A stretch of 64,000 nucleotides of DNA from Botryllus schlosseri (lineage: Eukaryota), in NCBI GenBank assembly GCA_051294905.1, contig CM119382.1:10540001-10604000 (forward strand), given 5' to 3'. A program made the translations under genes and the position numbers. Position 1 is the stretch's first letter. Each line of letters starts with the position of its first letter. The notes beneath the pieces were generated by a model. It made no database searches. It was not told where the DNA came from and saw only the letters and a program-made list of their open reading frames with translations. Shown one piece after another: positions 43,901 to 57,753 of the stretch.

Positions 43901-46900
43901 ATGCGTTCCAGTTGAGTCGAGCAAATACTGTAGAACTTGGAGTGAATAATACACTCAGATGATTATCCAATTAAATAATGACCAGACTTCGATCTCGTTC
44001 TTGGTGGGTCCGACACAACCTTTCTCCGCTTTGTTTCAGACATTCTTCTTCAACCAAGTTCTAGCCTACCAGCAAATTGGATAACTCAGTATTTTACAGT
44101 AACACTAAAATTGAGGTAAAGATTACTGACATAACATATTACATACCTTCCAGTAACATTTACTAGCTTAACACCAGCTGGAATTATCTGCACATCTGTT
44201 GTCGAGCTCGACTCACAATCACAACACGATGGTGCTTCTTCGGTATACGATTCATAACAAACGTGCAACCAATACATCTTTCCCATGAACACGATAGACC
44301 GGTTCTGCATGGTATAACGAAGATACATCTGGCATTTATAGGACTGCATTTCAGTACAGTTATGAATACAGATATATTTCCCATCCTTACATAGCCGTCT
44401 TGAACTGATAACTCCACAAAAGCTCCAAACCAGTGACATGGTCAACACTACAGATAAAGATATGACGTAAACACTCTGGTGGATCGTCAGAAGTAAGGAG
44501 AATTGACTCGTGGGTCTTTGGGGGCTTTGCGTGCAAGGAAGACCGCGATGAAAATGACCAAAATCGGTTTTAGAGGTGTTTTTATGCACTTAACTATCAT
44601 TTGGAATTAGGCAAAACAAGTTTCCAAAAAATTGCCCAAATCTGAACAACCCTATTAAACATATATGTATATATATCGAAGTTTTCGGTCAGTACACGGG
44701 CATTCCTTTTCGGCCAAGGTCTTCTCGCTGCTGATCGTTCTGGCATACTTCTCGGAGTCGTATGTTACATGGTGTATAACTTTATATGTCTTGGAGCGTC
44801 GTGGCGCAGTAATGGCCATCGCCGGTGTCTCAATTTCCATAAATCATGCGTATTGTTGAAGGGGGAAGGGTACCCCAAAATCAATATAGATATCACAATA
44901 TTAAATCGCGCACAGCGCGAACATTTTTTGAAAAAGTTGAGAGAATTTCTAAAAAAATTACTCTATAATTTATGTTAATTCACAAAATTATTTTTGGCCC
45001 CTTCGAGTTCGCCCCCAAAATTGGGGGTTTGAGGTGCGGCAGTTACTGTCCTGACTCCATGTTGCCGTTTTAACGCGCCATCGCCCCCTATCGCCCCCTC
45101 CGTCCGTTTTCGCCCCCTTATCGCCCCCTTCGGTATTTTTGCCCCCCTAGACCGCCAAATCGAGGGGGCGATATCGCCCACGTTGGGAACCACTGGACTA
45201 GACTTTTATATTTTGAGATTTCAGCTTCACAGTTAGGCTACCCCTGATTTGATAACTTCGTTTATACCTGTATTTAAGTAACAACGCTGACTGCTTTGAG
45301 AATAAGTGTGTAACGGGGATTGAAATCTGCAGGATCTGCGGACTCGTCATCCAGCTCATCGGAGGAGGAGCAACGCAAGCCTTCGCCGCCTAGAAACGCG
45401 CGTCGTGGTTCGCGTTCCCCGCGCCGTAGACGCAGGTCTAGGAGCAGGGACCGGCGTCCGTCTCCGAGGAGGTTTGTGCGATAGGGTGCACGAGAGTTTG
45501 TGGGCCCAGCTGTTGATCAGTCTTGTTTCTCAGCTACCGCGGAGCCTCGGACTGGTATCGCAGGAATCGTTCTCCGTCGCCCAGGCGCAGGTATTAGCTT
45601 TGTGGTGTTGGCGGTGGAACTTGTGTCTAGCTTCTAAATGTGGGTACCTGGATCAGACGTCTCAAGGCATATTCCCGGTTTACTGTTATTCAGGTATCGA
45701 ACCGGCCGGAATTACGTCTGATTAACATTGCCCTTGCTGATAACAGTTGCCTTAAATTGGCATTGCTGGCGTTATGCAACACAGTGTTTTATTGTGGGTA
45801 GTTAATTATTTGGGTTTGCGTGGACGCCCTTTGCGAGGTAGTTTGAGAGAATCTTGTTACATAGAAAACATGGTGGTTTTAGTTCTCGTACAACCAAATA
45901 AAATATATCTATTCTTCGCTCTTCTTTCTTGATATGGGATTACAAGTAAATTAGATAGAAGGCTAATTTTAACGGAGCCAGTCAAATTATTGTTTTATCT
46001 AATGGTCTCGTTGGAAACACCAAACTAGCAATCATCAATTTCTATTCTCGTTGGTATTATACTATCATTGATAACGTGGCAAAATTATATTGAGTTTTGA
46101 ATGAAAACATTAAGACTAATGTCGTTCACTTTTCCTGGACCCCTTAAAGCTAGTCCACAGACCCTCACATCCCTGATACCATCAGACTACTAGAGCTTTA
46201 TTCCACCCCCTTTTTTAATCGATATCCAGATCGCCACCGAGATTCATGGACCGGCGGAGGTTCGACTACTCCCGCGACCGCAGGCCGTCCCCGCCACCGC
46301 GTTCTCGTGACCGAAGAAAGTCCCTGGACAGGTCCCGCGACCGCAGGAGATCGCCGGACCGGTCCAGGGATCGCGGGCGACGGAGCCGCAGCCCCAGGAG
46401 AGACTCGGGCAGGCAGGAACGGCGCAGGAGGGCGTCGGAAAGGAGCGGGTCCCCGAAAGCTCCGGACAGGAAGGCCAGGAGGGGTTCGCCTTCCAAGGCT
46501 AGAGATTCTGAGGAGGAAAAGGAGAGGCGGGTGAAGAAGACAGTTGTGAAAGCCAAGCCGGAGGATTCTTCGGAGGTAAGGATTTGTAGTTTACCACTCG
46601 TAGCATGGTATCGAGCATCGGAAAATTGAAACGGTAGCTCGATGCTATGTGTGCTAGTGGTAACGGCGTGAGAGCTAAGTTTATGTGATCAACTATAGAT
46701 GACAGAAGTTTCGATGAAAACAGCTAACTCCAGTGGCATATACACGGGAGCGACTCTTTCCAACTATATTTTTTGTTTTGAAGTTGTTCATTCAATTACG
46801 TGAAAGTAAGAACATGAAATAATCAGAATAACACCCGAGTCTACATGCTGATTTTGGCTATGCTTTTGAAGCCGTTAGAAACTGCTCGTGTTGCTACTGT

Positions 46901-49900
46901 CTGAGACTTCGATGATGATACTGACAACCAGACGCGTAGCCGGGGGGTTTCGGGGGTCGGACCCCCTCCTTTCGAAGCGCGAAAGCCCCTCCTTAAACGC
47001 GAAACCCCGTCCTTTTCAAATGACCGTTCTGACGCTAATACTCTGTTGCAATTCAATAAGTCGTATTATCAGTTGCAATTCAATAAGTCGTATTATCAGT
47101 AACGAAAGGCGTGTTGCCAATTAGCGAGATTCATCCGTGCGCGCTGCGTATTGCACTGCACAATGTAACGCGACGCGAGCTCCCGCTGAGATGATTGCAA
47201 AATTAGGTCATTCATTGCCCGGTGTGCACGATATCATCGCTGGCCTACACAATCGAATCTACAATTAAATAGTATATTCATATTGAAATGAACCCGAATA
47301 TTTTCGGCTGACACTCGTCAGGGGTAATCGTCAGCAACTAGTAGAGAATTGGAAAGAACATTGTATATCAACAATCGTATCACAAAATATGACGTAACCA
47401 GCATGAAATTTCGAATGAGAGAGCGTTCAATGTACTATTTTTAGGTGATACACGAACTCCTTTTGTTGACAGAGTTTTGGTTGGTGTATTTTGATATTGT
47501 GATACGATTGTTGATATACAATGTTCTTTCCAATTCTCTACTAGTTGCTGACGATTACCCCTGACGAGTGTCAGCCGAAAATATTCGGGTTCATTTCAAT
47601 ATGAATATACTATTTAATTGTATATTGAAGTTCTGTACCTCCAAGAAGCTCTACAATCGAATCTGCAATAGGCCTAGTACCGAAGATATCGCTAGCCTAA
47701 CTACCGTGTCTCGGGTCTACCATGTTTTGGCTCAAATTTCCCGATGTCTTGGATGCAATGCCGTTAAGTATATGCTGATTGTGATTAAAGAGTGACATCT
47801 CGAAACTGAATAACATCGAATGTCCGCAAACATGTGTGACGTGCGCGTACATGCGTAAATTAAATAGTATATTCATATTGAAATGAACCCAAATATTTTC
47901 GGCTGACACTCGTCAGGGGTAATCGTCAGCAACTAATGCAACATGCGTAAATGATTTTCGCTACTAATAATAATTGTAAAATAGGTAAGGTTTGAACCAC
48001 CTGAAATCGGCGTCATTATAGCACATATTCCATACATTTTGACTTGCGCCAAGCGTCACCGAGGCTGCGTAAGACGCATTGATAAGCGCGCATATTCAAT
48101 TGTTCACGACATACCGGTGAGTCGCTAATTAACAGCACTTCCGGACTCGTCGACAAGCTTATAATACGCGTATAATCGTCAACACCAGGATTTGTATAAT
48201 CGCTATTCACACATGTACTTAACCCTAATGAATTGATGCAATATTACTAAATGAGAAAAAAAAAATCGAACCCCCCCCCTTATTTTTCGGCTGGCTACGC
48301 GCCTGCTGACCATTCCTTCTCGTTATCCAGAGCTCTGACGAGGAAGAGATTAAAAAGAAAAAGAAAAGAAGCGAGAGGAAGCAGAAGAAGAAGGAAAGCA
48401 AAAAGAAGAAGAAAAAGAAGAGCAAGTCCAAGAAGAAGAAGCACGGCAAGAAGGCAAAGAAAGAAAAGGTCGAGTCGTCGGACGAGAGCGACGACGCGGA
48501 AGAAGTCAAATCCAAGGTTGTTGGAAAATAACTCATTTTTTTTAATTTGACTGGTTATTTAGTCGCTGCGGAATCTTTCTCTGCTCCAACCTGTAAAAGC
48601 GAAATTATTAGGTTGCAAAATTTTGGGTTTGTTTCAAAAAAAATTACTGGCTACCCCATGAATTTTTCATGTTGAAAAACGAATACAAATTAATTTGACT
48701 CAATTCCAGCGTAAAAGCGAAGGTATCGCAATGCATTTATAACTAAATGATAGAATTTCCATCCACATTCACTCCACTGTTATTTTCAAATATAAAATTA
48801 CTTCTACTCCAATAACTACGCTTCTATCGGTTGAAATCGAGCCAAATTTGTTATGAGCGCCGTGACGGCTACCGATTTTTTCATTTGTGCGACTGCGACG
48901 TCATACAGGTGAGGAGGAGTTCAGGAGCGACGTCGGGCGAAGATGACTCGTTGCCACCCCCGCCGGGCACCAAAGATCCGTCATCGTCCGAGGAGGAGGT
49001 GTCTGAAAAGAAGCCGGTTAAAAAGCCGCGACAGTATGTTGTGAATGATTTTTTGTCGGCTGATTGACATAGGCTTGGGGCAACTAGATGGTTATAATGC
49101 AGGGAATTCTAATCTAATTTTTGGAATGTTTCGACGCTCTGATGTTAATTTCTGGTTTTCGGAGTCGGTGTGACAGTTGCTTTCCATCAAGATCAGATTT
49201 AATATATTATGCGCTCTGGTCCTCTGGACGATAGCTTTTGGATTGCCTGTAGTCGCTGCCGCGAATCAATCCAGTTTCCTGCATCAACGAAGCAGAAGAA
49301 TCGGTCGTTGCCATTCCATGTTTACATTCGATCATGAAATACTACTGATGTGAAGGCGTTTATGTTCGAATCGAATCATAACAATTGGCACTCGACTCGA
49401 TTGGAGTACTCTAATTGTTGATCCTGGACCTAAACGTAACCCAATTTGAATTGACTGCAATACTTGTACGACATTCAATATACAACTTTGTCGCCAAGCC
49501 GATAGTCTCATGCTCAATCCATGTTTGCAATGGACCAGCGTCCATTGTGACGTTAAGTGTCTGTGTACGAGGCCTATCGATTGTTTCGTTCTCAAAATAG
49601 TCCACACACACACACACAAGTATACTACTATGAGTTGACCAGGCGATCATGAATGGTTCGTTTGTGCTTTGCAGAAAAAAGCAATCATCCGACAGCGAAG
49701 ATGAACACTCACCTGATAGGGAACCGGTCAAAGTGACCAAGGTATGTAGGACTTGTTTGACCCAATAATCCAGAGTTACTGGACCCCCGTCAAAAGAAAC
49801 GGCTTTCCGATCGGCTGTCAAAGAAGTCGTCGCCACAATAGAAGTAGAAGTAGAGGTAGCGTCGTATCATCCTGCTGATCGAGTAGAAATAGCGATGTCG

Positions 49901-51072
49901 GAGTAATGAAAAAGGAAGTATTCTAGGCCAGCTTATGCCTAAAAAATGAAAAAGTTTTACGTGGAAGTAGTCTAAAAGCAAAACCACTTTGTAGGTATGC
50001 CAAACTAGTAGAAGTAGCGATTTCCAAGTAAAATAAGTAAGTATTCTAGACCGAAATTTGTCAATCTGTCCAAAAATGGGACTGCTTTAGTAGGTACTGC
50101 AAACCTGCTTCAGTATTCCGAAAAATCAGGACTTCTGTTACTAACCTGTGCATTTTTTTTTGGCGCAACCGGAAACCTTTTGTGGAATTTTACGTCCTCC
50201 TCCGTTTGCAGCAGGTGGTCAAGCGTCAGGCCGCTAAACCGCGGCCCAGAGACGCGTCATCACACTCTGACGACTCGGAGCCGGAGGACTCGGCCAAGGA
50301 CAGCTCCGGATCAGGCCGGGACAGCTCGGACGGGGCCAGAAAAAACGCCAGAAAGCAGTCCGCCGCCCGAAAGAAAGGCCGAAAATCGCAGTCCGCTTCT
50401 CCGAAGCCCCGTCGATCGGAGAAGTCGGGAAAGCGAAGTGCCCCGCCGCAGCGTAAAGTTGAGTCCAGCAACGAGCAGTCCTCTTCGGAAGAGGAGGGTC
50501 CCGTGAGACAGAAAGGTGGCGGGTCAAGAGAGAAAGTGGCGGAGTCAAGAAAGAGTGAAAAGTCTATCCCGGCCCAGGATACCCGGCGGCGTTCGAAACC
50601 GGTCAAGCAGAAGACCCCGTCTGACGGGTCGAGTGACGACGAACAGGGAAAATCCAGGAAAAAACGTGCCCCGCCGAAAAGAAAGCCGCCATCATCGGAA
50701 GACTCGTCCGAGTCATCGTCAGACGAGTCTCCACCACCGCCACCACGAAAAGCTCGACGACCTGACCCAGCCCAGGACGCACGCCAGAAACCGAGAGAAA
50801 AACAGCGTGGGCGTGATCGCGTAATCGACGCTCCCAAGAAAAAGGCACGCAGTAAAAAGTCCTCGTCTGAGGAGCCGGCCCCTCGGCCTGGAAAGCGTCG
50901 GGACACGTCGTCCGACTCTGACAGTGACCCGCCAAAGCCACCGGCGAAAGGACAGCGCCGCCGGCCGAAGCAATCGTCATCCTCGTCTGGTAGCAGCAGC
51001 GAGTCGGACCACCGGCAGGACGAGAAGAAATTGAGGCGAGAGGCCCTGGCCACTATAGCGAGGAAGCGGTGA
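31909..51072 (+). CDS. SRRM1: Serine/arginine repetitive matrix protein 1 (SRm160), multi-exon
   Basis: PWI-domain exons 31909-31929 (MDAGFFR), 32386-32475 (GTSTEQDNRFANKQKKLLK), 32783-32905 and 33057-33227 (QINLTGFLN..LWPLL). RS/charged exons 34063-34136, 36007-36114, 36631-36710, 36958-37081, 37147-37272, 38279-38395, 39538-39626, 40411-40510, 41636-41817, 45333-45471, 45534-45590, 46230-46575, 48331-48516, 48909-49033, 49675-49741 and 50212-51072. GT-AG with matching phases; C-terminal EKKLRREAL. Confidence 0.93.
42239..44654 (-). mobile_element. Internally deleted hAT-related transposon
   Basis: TIRs of about 190 bp starting TAGGGTTGTTCAGA; 8-bp TSD TTAAACAT. Confidence 0.88.
43266..43960 (-). 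pseudogene. Transposase C-terminal fragment with nonsense codon
   Basis: KKHPWY, LADLVGPQSW and KVVNDAAERGVKL motifs; TAA at 43461-43463. Confidence 0.75.
47260..47622. mobile_element. Fold-back repeat (arms about 130 bp); related pieces at about 38560-38740 and 47860-47935
   Basis: CTGACACTCGTCAGGGGTAATCGTCAGCAACTAG present in inverted orientation. Confidence 0.75.
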
Positions 51073-51516
51073 GCGCCGGGACACGGTCGGCGTAAGGATT
51101 TTTTTCGAGACGAGGCCTGTTGCCATTGCGCGTTTTGCGGCCACGGTTGTCGGGACGAGCGTACGTGGAATCTTGTGTGACATGTTATGACACTTTTCGC
51201 GACGGCCCGAATTGAGGGGCAATAAACCTGTTTTCAGTCAGTTTTCTTTCTATTGTTTTGTAGGAATTTAGATAGAATTTAGAGCAGGGATGTAATGACT
51301 TTAGTCGTATCAATTTAGACATTATTTGTTGTTAATTATATTTGTTGACCGACTGACCAAAGCACTTGAAGTTTGCGCAAAGTTGCACGAAACAAAATCA
51401 GGGCCAAGGTGTTCTGGCTTACAATGCAAATCTTACCAATTAATTCTGGTTACAATCCGAAACTAACGTCGTTGATACTAATCATTTGTTACGCCTGTAG
51501 AAAGGTAACCAAGTAC

Positions 51517-53615
51517 CAGGGTTGTAACCAAGTCACATGGTCACGAGTCAATCTGACTTTTGTGGTTTTGACTCGAGTCGAGTCATTTTCAATTCATCAC
51601 CGACTCGAGTCCGAGTCCAAGTCACCGTTTTAAGGGTCAAGTCCGAGTCATAGTGTTATGACTCGAGTCGAGTCCAAGTCACAGTATTGAAGTCATGTTC
51701 AACTTATGTTTTCAATTCTGCTTGGGTGATATCGAATTCCTTGCTTGCCAAACATGCATATTTTGTCCCTATCATAGTCTTGGCACAAGTTTATTTAGTT
51801 AGGCAGATAACAGGCAGTTCCTGGCCTCATATACCGATGCTACAGATAGACGAGACATGCCGCCAATACGATAACGTTACTAATCTTAGAACTTTAAATC
51901 AAATATCTGTATTGTCAGTCTGATATTTTACAAATAAAAGCATTCAGTTTTTATTACGAGCACATCGACGACCGCTCACAAATAGCTTATAGAGAATTAA
52001 CGAATTCACGTCTACATACTATCTGATAGAAGACCTACGAATTCACGTCTAGCTAGATACAAGCTGGTAAAGAATCAACTGATAAACGCTTATGTAGAGG
52101 GACAGTTTTGCTTTCACATCATATCAGGTGGTTGACCAGAAAAAAGGTCAACTTTCCTGCTCAGCTGCCGAAATAGTCGCCGGAGCGTTACTTTAGTGCT
52201 GATTTACTGTTGTCTTAGTCGAATTTGCCCTACATTTAACAAAAAAAATCCAAAAAATGAAGACAGAATCTCAAAAAAGAGGCTACTTCTTAAAATTGTT
52301 AGATTATCTAAAACAACTTAAATTTGGCTTAATTCCAACCAGTAGAAAGCAATGCTAAGAGAAAATATTTGGATTAATTACAAATAGAGACTTTCGAAAT
52401 ATACCGGCTACCTCATGATATTGTTAGATTGTGTAAAAATATGAATCATAGAAAATTTGCCTCAATTCCAACTAGAAGAAGCGGAGTTATTAGAGTGGAA
52501 TATTTTGGATATGAAAAATAGTCGACTTACTGCTAGTATGTAATTATATTATATGAAATCATTTCTCACTAAAAATACTCCATGTATTTTCAAATCCAAA
52601 ATTTTCTCCTCTCATTTCATTGATTCCACTTTTTCAAATTAGGCCAGATTCAGTGTTCTTTTTATGCAACGTAGCAATTTTATCAAGTAGCCACCCAGTA
52701 GAATAAAAAAGAAGGTATTTTTGATCGGCCCTATTGTACAAACATCACACAATATTAGCCAGTCATTATCATCACGTGCACAATGCACATACCTAACAAA
52801 ACGTCAAACGGACGGAGGGTATTGTGTGTTTTCACAGACAGCAGATCAAATCAATGAGTTACACTTGAAAAATACTAAAGTGGAAAGGAGATTCTCATAT
52901 ATGTTGAGGCGGCATGGCCTTAGAATAATCCACATCGACTGGATACACGTTCCTCTGGCGCATTAGATGCAGGAATTGAAAAGCAATTTTGAACCACACT
53001 GAAGAGCATTAGATACTCATCCATTCTAGTCGGCCAAAAATGCAAAAAATCATCGCCTTCATATCTACCTGTGAGCTTATCAGTCTCTTCCAAGTAGGCT
53101 ACTTCACCATCTGAGTCATTTCTTTTGCGCTAATTGGACTTTGCTTCGATTGGTTGCTTCTTTTGCTTGTATAATTGAAATGTCTTGAGTACTTTGATGG
53201 CGGAGGATCTATTACCTCTTCATCACTGGATGATTTTGTACAATGCATTGCTCTTTGCTACTATGTACCATTGTCTTTTGCTTTTACGGCGGCGCATATC
53301 TGATGTCAGACGAGTGCAACGAAAGCAGTGGTGACAAATAGCGATGTCGACAGAATTCGTCACATGCGTTGATCTAACCATTGTGATTCGCAACTTTCTT
53401 CACCTTCAAGTCATATAAAATAAGCCGAGTCAATGACTTGAGTCGAGTCATGCGAAATGACTCGAGTACAAGTCGAGTCAATCAAAATATTGACTCGAGT
53501 CGAGTCGAGTCATTTTCCCATTTCAAGAAAATGACTCGAGTCAAGTCGAGTCACAAAAAAATCGTGACTCGAGTCTGACTCGAGTCGAGTCATGACTCGA
53601 GTCATTACAACCCTG
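51517..53615. mobile_element. Non-autonomous hAT-type element with subterminal GACTCGAGTC arrays
   Basis: TIR CAGGGTTGTAA / TTACAACCCTG; 8-bp TSD CCAAGTAC. Confidence 0.87.
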
Positions 53616-55550
53616 CCAAGTACACCAAGTAACCAAGAACACAAATACCGCGAGCATGACTTGACTGAATGTACGGACTACGGATGGCTCGATGCAACTT
53701 GTAAATAAGGATGATAAGCTATCATTGCGCTAGTTGCGGATTTTGAATAGTATTTCTAGGACTAGCTGAATTGAAATATTTATGGCGAGTATGACAGATT
53801 CTTAGGCTAAAGAAGGATGGTGGATGCAGGACAATAACAGCAAAAGAGAAAGCGTCTTACGAACATCGTAAATATTAGTTATTACCAGAAATATAACAGT
53901 CATAGTCGCAGGTCTTCTTCATATATTATACGTTCTAGTAATTTTTGATCGCCAAGGCTGTACAGGCAGTGACCAATACAAGAGTGAATGACTGAATAAC
54001 AAGAAAAAAACGAAACAGTCACGGTCGTGTCAGCATTTTAGGGCTGTTCAAAAAAACTTTGTTTTCCTGATTCCAGCCATTCACTGATTAAATTGTCAGG
54101 TTCCCCTAAAAAACGCTACACACCAAATTTGGTTCCATTCAAACAAGTATAAGACTCCGCAGACCCAATTGAAATTTTTAATTTATTAATGAAAATTTTT
54201 AAAAAATCAAATATTTCTGTCAACCCCATGAAATTGGTGAGTTGTCTTCAAAGACGATGCAAAACAAATATGACTCAATACCAACTAGTAAAATCGGAGT
54301 TATTTGAGTTTTTCTGTCAAAATTGCGATTGCTAAGCAAGATACATTTCAAGAACTTCCGACTTTGTATTTTGACTTATCATAATCAGCTGGTATTTCTG
54401 GATGAAATTTGGTTTCAAAACACACGGTATACGCTATAATGAGGTGGAGAAGCATGTATAGGCAGGGCCGTAACAGCTCTTCGTCAGGCCCCCCCAAAAC
54501 TTTGGTCTTGGGCCCCCCATAGGGTTATAGACCGAACTCCCCCTCCCGCGATACACTGCTCACCGCTATTCATCATGTTCATTGGGAGTTTGTTTAGCGA
54601 TCGAATGAGCTTTGGTCGCCTAAGCGCGGAAAATTTCTAGAATTCATGATTTCATCGGTCAGTATGATCGGGAATTGCATATATTGTTATCAATTTTTAT
54701 CTTCTCTCTGCTCACGTAATCAGATTTGCCGGTAGAGCTGAGTGAGGCGTGTTTGAAAAGGTGAGACCTGCACTCAATAATAATAATTAAACATCTTCGG
54801 GCGTATACCCGTTGGCAGGAACGAAACAGCACCTCGTCAGGCCCCAAAAAACATGGGTCTTGGGCTCCCATAGGGCGATAAAACGACCCCCATCACGTTG
54901 TTCGCGTTTGTCACGAAATTATCCGTACTGTATTGTGAGTCAGCGCGAAGCGCGAAAATTTTCGATAATTCATGATATAATCGGTCAATCAGATCGGCGA
55001 TTGCATATATATTATGCTATCAATTTATTGTCCTCTCTACTCACGTAATTAGATTTACCGGTAGAGCTGAATGAAGTGTCTTTAAAACGGGAGGGCCCGT
55101 AAATAATGATTAAACATCTTCGGGCGGGCGGACCCGTTGATATGACTTCGTTACATGATGTTATTTCGTGACTTCCAGTCTGCTATATCAAAATATATAG
55201 AATCGCCCAAACGTAGGCTTCTAAACTAAGAGACGCACACGATTTCAAATTGGTATTTCTTCACTGGCATGAAATTTTTCCCAGCGGGATGGTATTTGTC
55301 TTGTGAGGTTCAGATTGCAAAGACAGGAACATTCGGCGCCAGTCATTTAGGCGCCTATGGACAATTAAACCTATATGTATTTTGTATAGCCTATATAACG
55401 AAGTCTTCGGTCTGCATAAGGGCATAGACCTTTTCGGCCAAGCTTTTCTCGCTGCCGATCGTTCTGGCACACTTATTGGAGTCGCATGTTATATGACCTA
55501 AAACTTGATTGTATGTCTTGGTGGGTCGTGGCGCGGTAATGGCCCTATAC

Positions 55551-56264
55551 CAGGGGTGGCCAACCTTTTCAGCCAAAGGGCCACATTTGAATGATGAACT
55601 ATTGCGCGGGCCATTAGCCGCGCGAAGCGCGAATTTTTTTTAAAGTTCATAGGTCAATAATATTGTCACTTGACTATATTGTGGGCCTGCTGTATATCGC
55701 TGGATTCAGTTTGCAAGGACTGGACTATTCGGCGCCTGGACGTATTGATATCCAAGGCTTCGACCAACATGCGTCAATCAGTTTTTGCCTCTAGGTTTCA
55801 TAGTCGACGGTCTTTTTGCGAGCGCAAACGCAAGGTGGCATATGTTGAACGACACTTTGTCTCGTAATCGCGAATATATTTGGCAATCTGATACATTAGG
55901 AGTTCTTTCATTTTCACAAAGGAGCAACAATATTAAAAGCAAGAAATCGAGTGACAACATGTTGCATTGGTTGCGCGAAGCGTGTAGAAAATTTTTACTT
56001 TTGACAAATCTATCGCAAATTATTCTGCTTTATTGTAGTGTACGAAGATCTACCAAAATGTGACTGGCTCTTGGATCTGCCAATGCGTCGGAACTGATAT
56101 TGTAGTCATCACATATCAAGTGTTGCAGCCAGACTAGTCAAATTTTTGGTTGGCCTCGCAAGTTCGCAATCTGTGCAATCCATTTTTGATAATATTTGAA
56201 ATTTCGGAAATTACCTCGCGGGCCACTCAAAATCTTCTCGCGGGCCACGGGTTGGCCAGCCCTG
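55551..56264. mobile_element. hAT-type MITE (714 bp)
   Basis: CAGGGGTGGCCAAC / GTTGGCCAGCCCTG; 8-bp TSD CCCTATAC. Confidence 0.85.
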
Positions 56265-57753
56265 CCCTATACCCAATAATATAGATAAACGGTTACTTGA
56301 ATTCGCGCGCAGCGCGAAAAAATTTTAAAAAAATTGCATAAATTTTCAAAAAATACTCTATGATTTATGCTAATTCACGAAATAATTTTGGGCCCCCTTC
56401 GAGCTCGCCCCCCCCCAATTGGGGGGTTTGGGGTGCGGCAGTTACGGTGCTGTGTATAGGTCTGTATAGGGATTAAATATTTGTGGGTTACTGAGTGGCA
56501 TGCGGTAGGCTATTTAGTAGGGTATGAGAGGGTAAAAAGTCAGTCGAGGCGTTTTGCCCCACCCATGTAACAAAACGTCAAATTGACGGACTTAGATGAA
56601 TGATAATTGATACTTTGACTTCCAGACGATCGTGATAGAGTGGGGACGATATCTCGCGCGCAAATTCCGAAACTCAATCTGTTTCGACTAGTTTGGTGGA
56701 TATTACGACGTTTCGCGCTTAGGGTAGGCGTGTTGCACCCTCTACCCTATACATTAGATATCAACATTACACAACAAAAATGTAACAGTGAAATGCGACA
56801 TGCAATGTAGAGACGGGAGGCTCGATATGACAAAGTCCTCATAGCCGAGCCACCCAGGCTTCTTTCTCAAGCAATCTAGGACTTCTGAGACGCGGTACAT
56901 AATTTGTAATTATTTTGATTGAAAAGAGTGCTTGAACATGAAACCATTTCAAAAATTGCTGCAGTCTACTTAGGGCTGCATTTTCAACGGAAGTCAGGGG
57001 CGGTAGTATATGCTCCTATACGCCACTGCATTCATTGCGAAAATATAAATTTTATTTTGCTCGGGCACCTGGAGCCCCCCAAAATCAGCCTCGAATGTCG
57101 CATTGTAACGAAGTTTGATATCGTGACGCAACCATGATGTCTGAGAAGCTCGGGAGCAAGTGTGCACGAGAGTGAGAGGGTGAATGCTCATGCTCATTGC
57201 TCAATCGGTTGCGCAACAATGGCTAATAGGCTTGCATTTTGCGCTGCTCATCACCCATCACTATGGTAGCACGGTTGCACTCTAGAATGTAATACTATAG
57301 AATGTAATAATGTTTACATTCCATAGTTGCACCCACGATGATTGAGCTAAATTTGAACTAAAGCTGGGGGTGCGCGGGGACCGTGACGGCCGAAAGGGGT
57401 CCGCGAAGACAAAAAAGTTGATAAGCACTGTCCTAGAATGGCATTCGTGTGAACCTTTGTAGTATCGAATGACGAACACCATCGGGACGAAACCGTTCTC
57501 GTTGAGCTGTGAATGATTGAGAGGCCACGTAGTCACAGTTCTAGTTTTCTATGGTCAGACGAGAGACGATTTATAGTATTGTTACGTCACTTCCGTTACC
57601 TGTGAGAGCTTGATCTGCGAAAAATTCTTCTTTGCCCATGCAATGCTCGCTAGTCGCTGCCTTATACGTGCATTTGTTTTGTCGTTTGTGATCAGTACCT
57701 ATTGAGAGTAATTGTGCGTTCTCGGTGCTCAGGAAACATAAATTAGACCGAAG

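Larger units (their letters stand above)
42074..45195. mobile_element. hAT-type MITE carrying a nested insertion
   Basis: TIR CAGTGGTTCCCAAC / GTTGGGAACCACTG; 8-bp TSD GACTAGAC. Confidence 0.88.

Noticed and set aside
48340-48480. Lysine-rich AAG repeat as a separate element
   Set aside because: Part of SRRM1 exon 48331-48516.
50226-51053. Long minus-strand ORFs opposite SRRM1 exons (also 35873-36262 and 46266-46556)
   Set aside because: Stop-poor antisense frames expected from RS and charged low-complexity coding sequence.
51570-53605. CRISPR-like or regulatory array of GACTCGAGTC palindromes
   Set aside because: Spacing is irregular, there are no unique spacers or cas genes, and the arrays are confined to the subtermini of a TSD-flanked hAT element; they are probably transposase binding sites.
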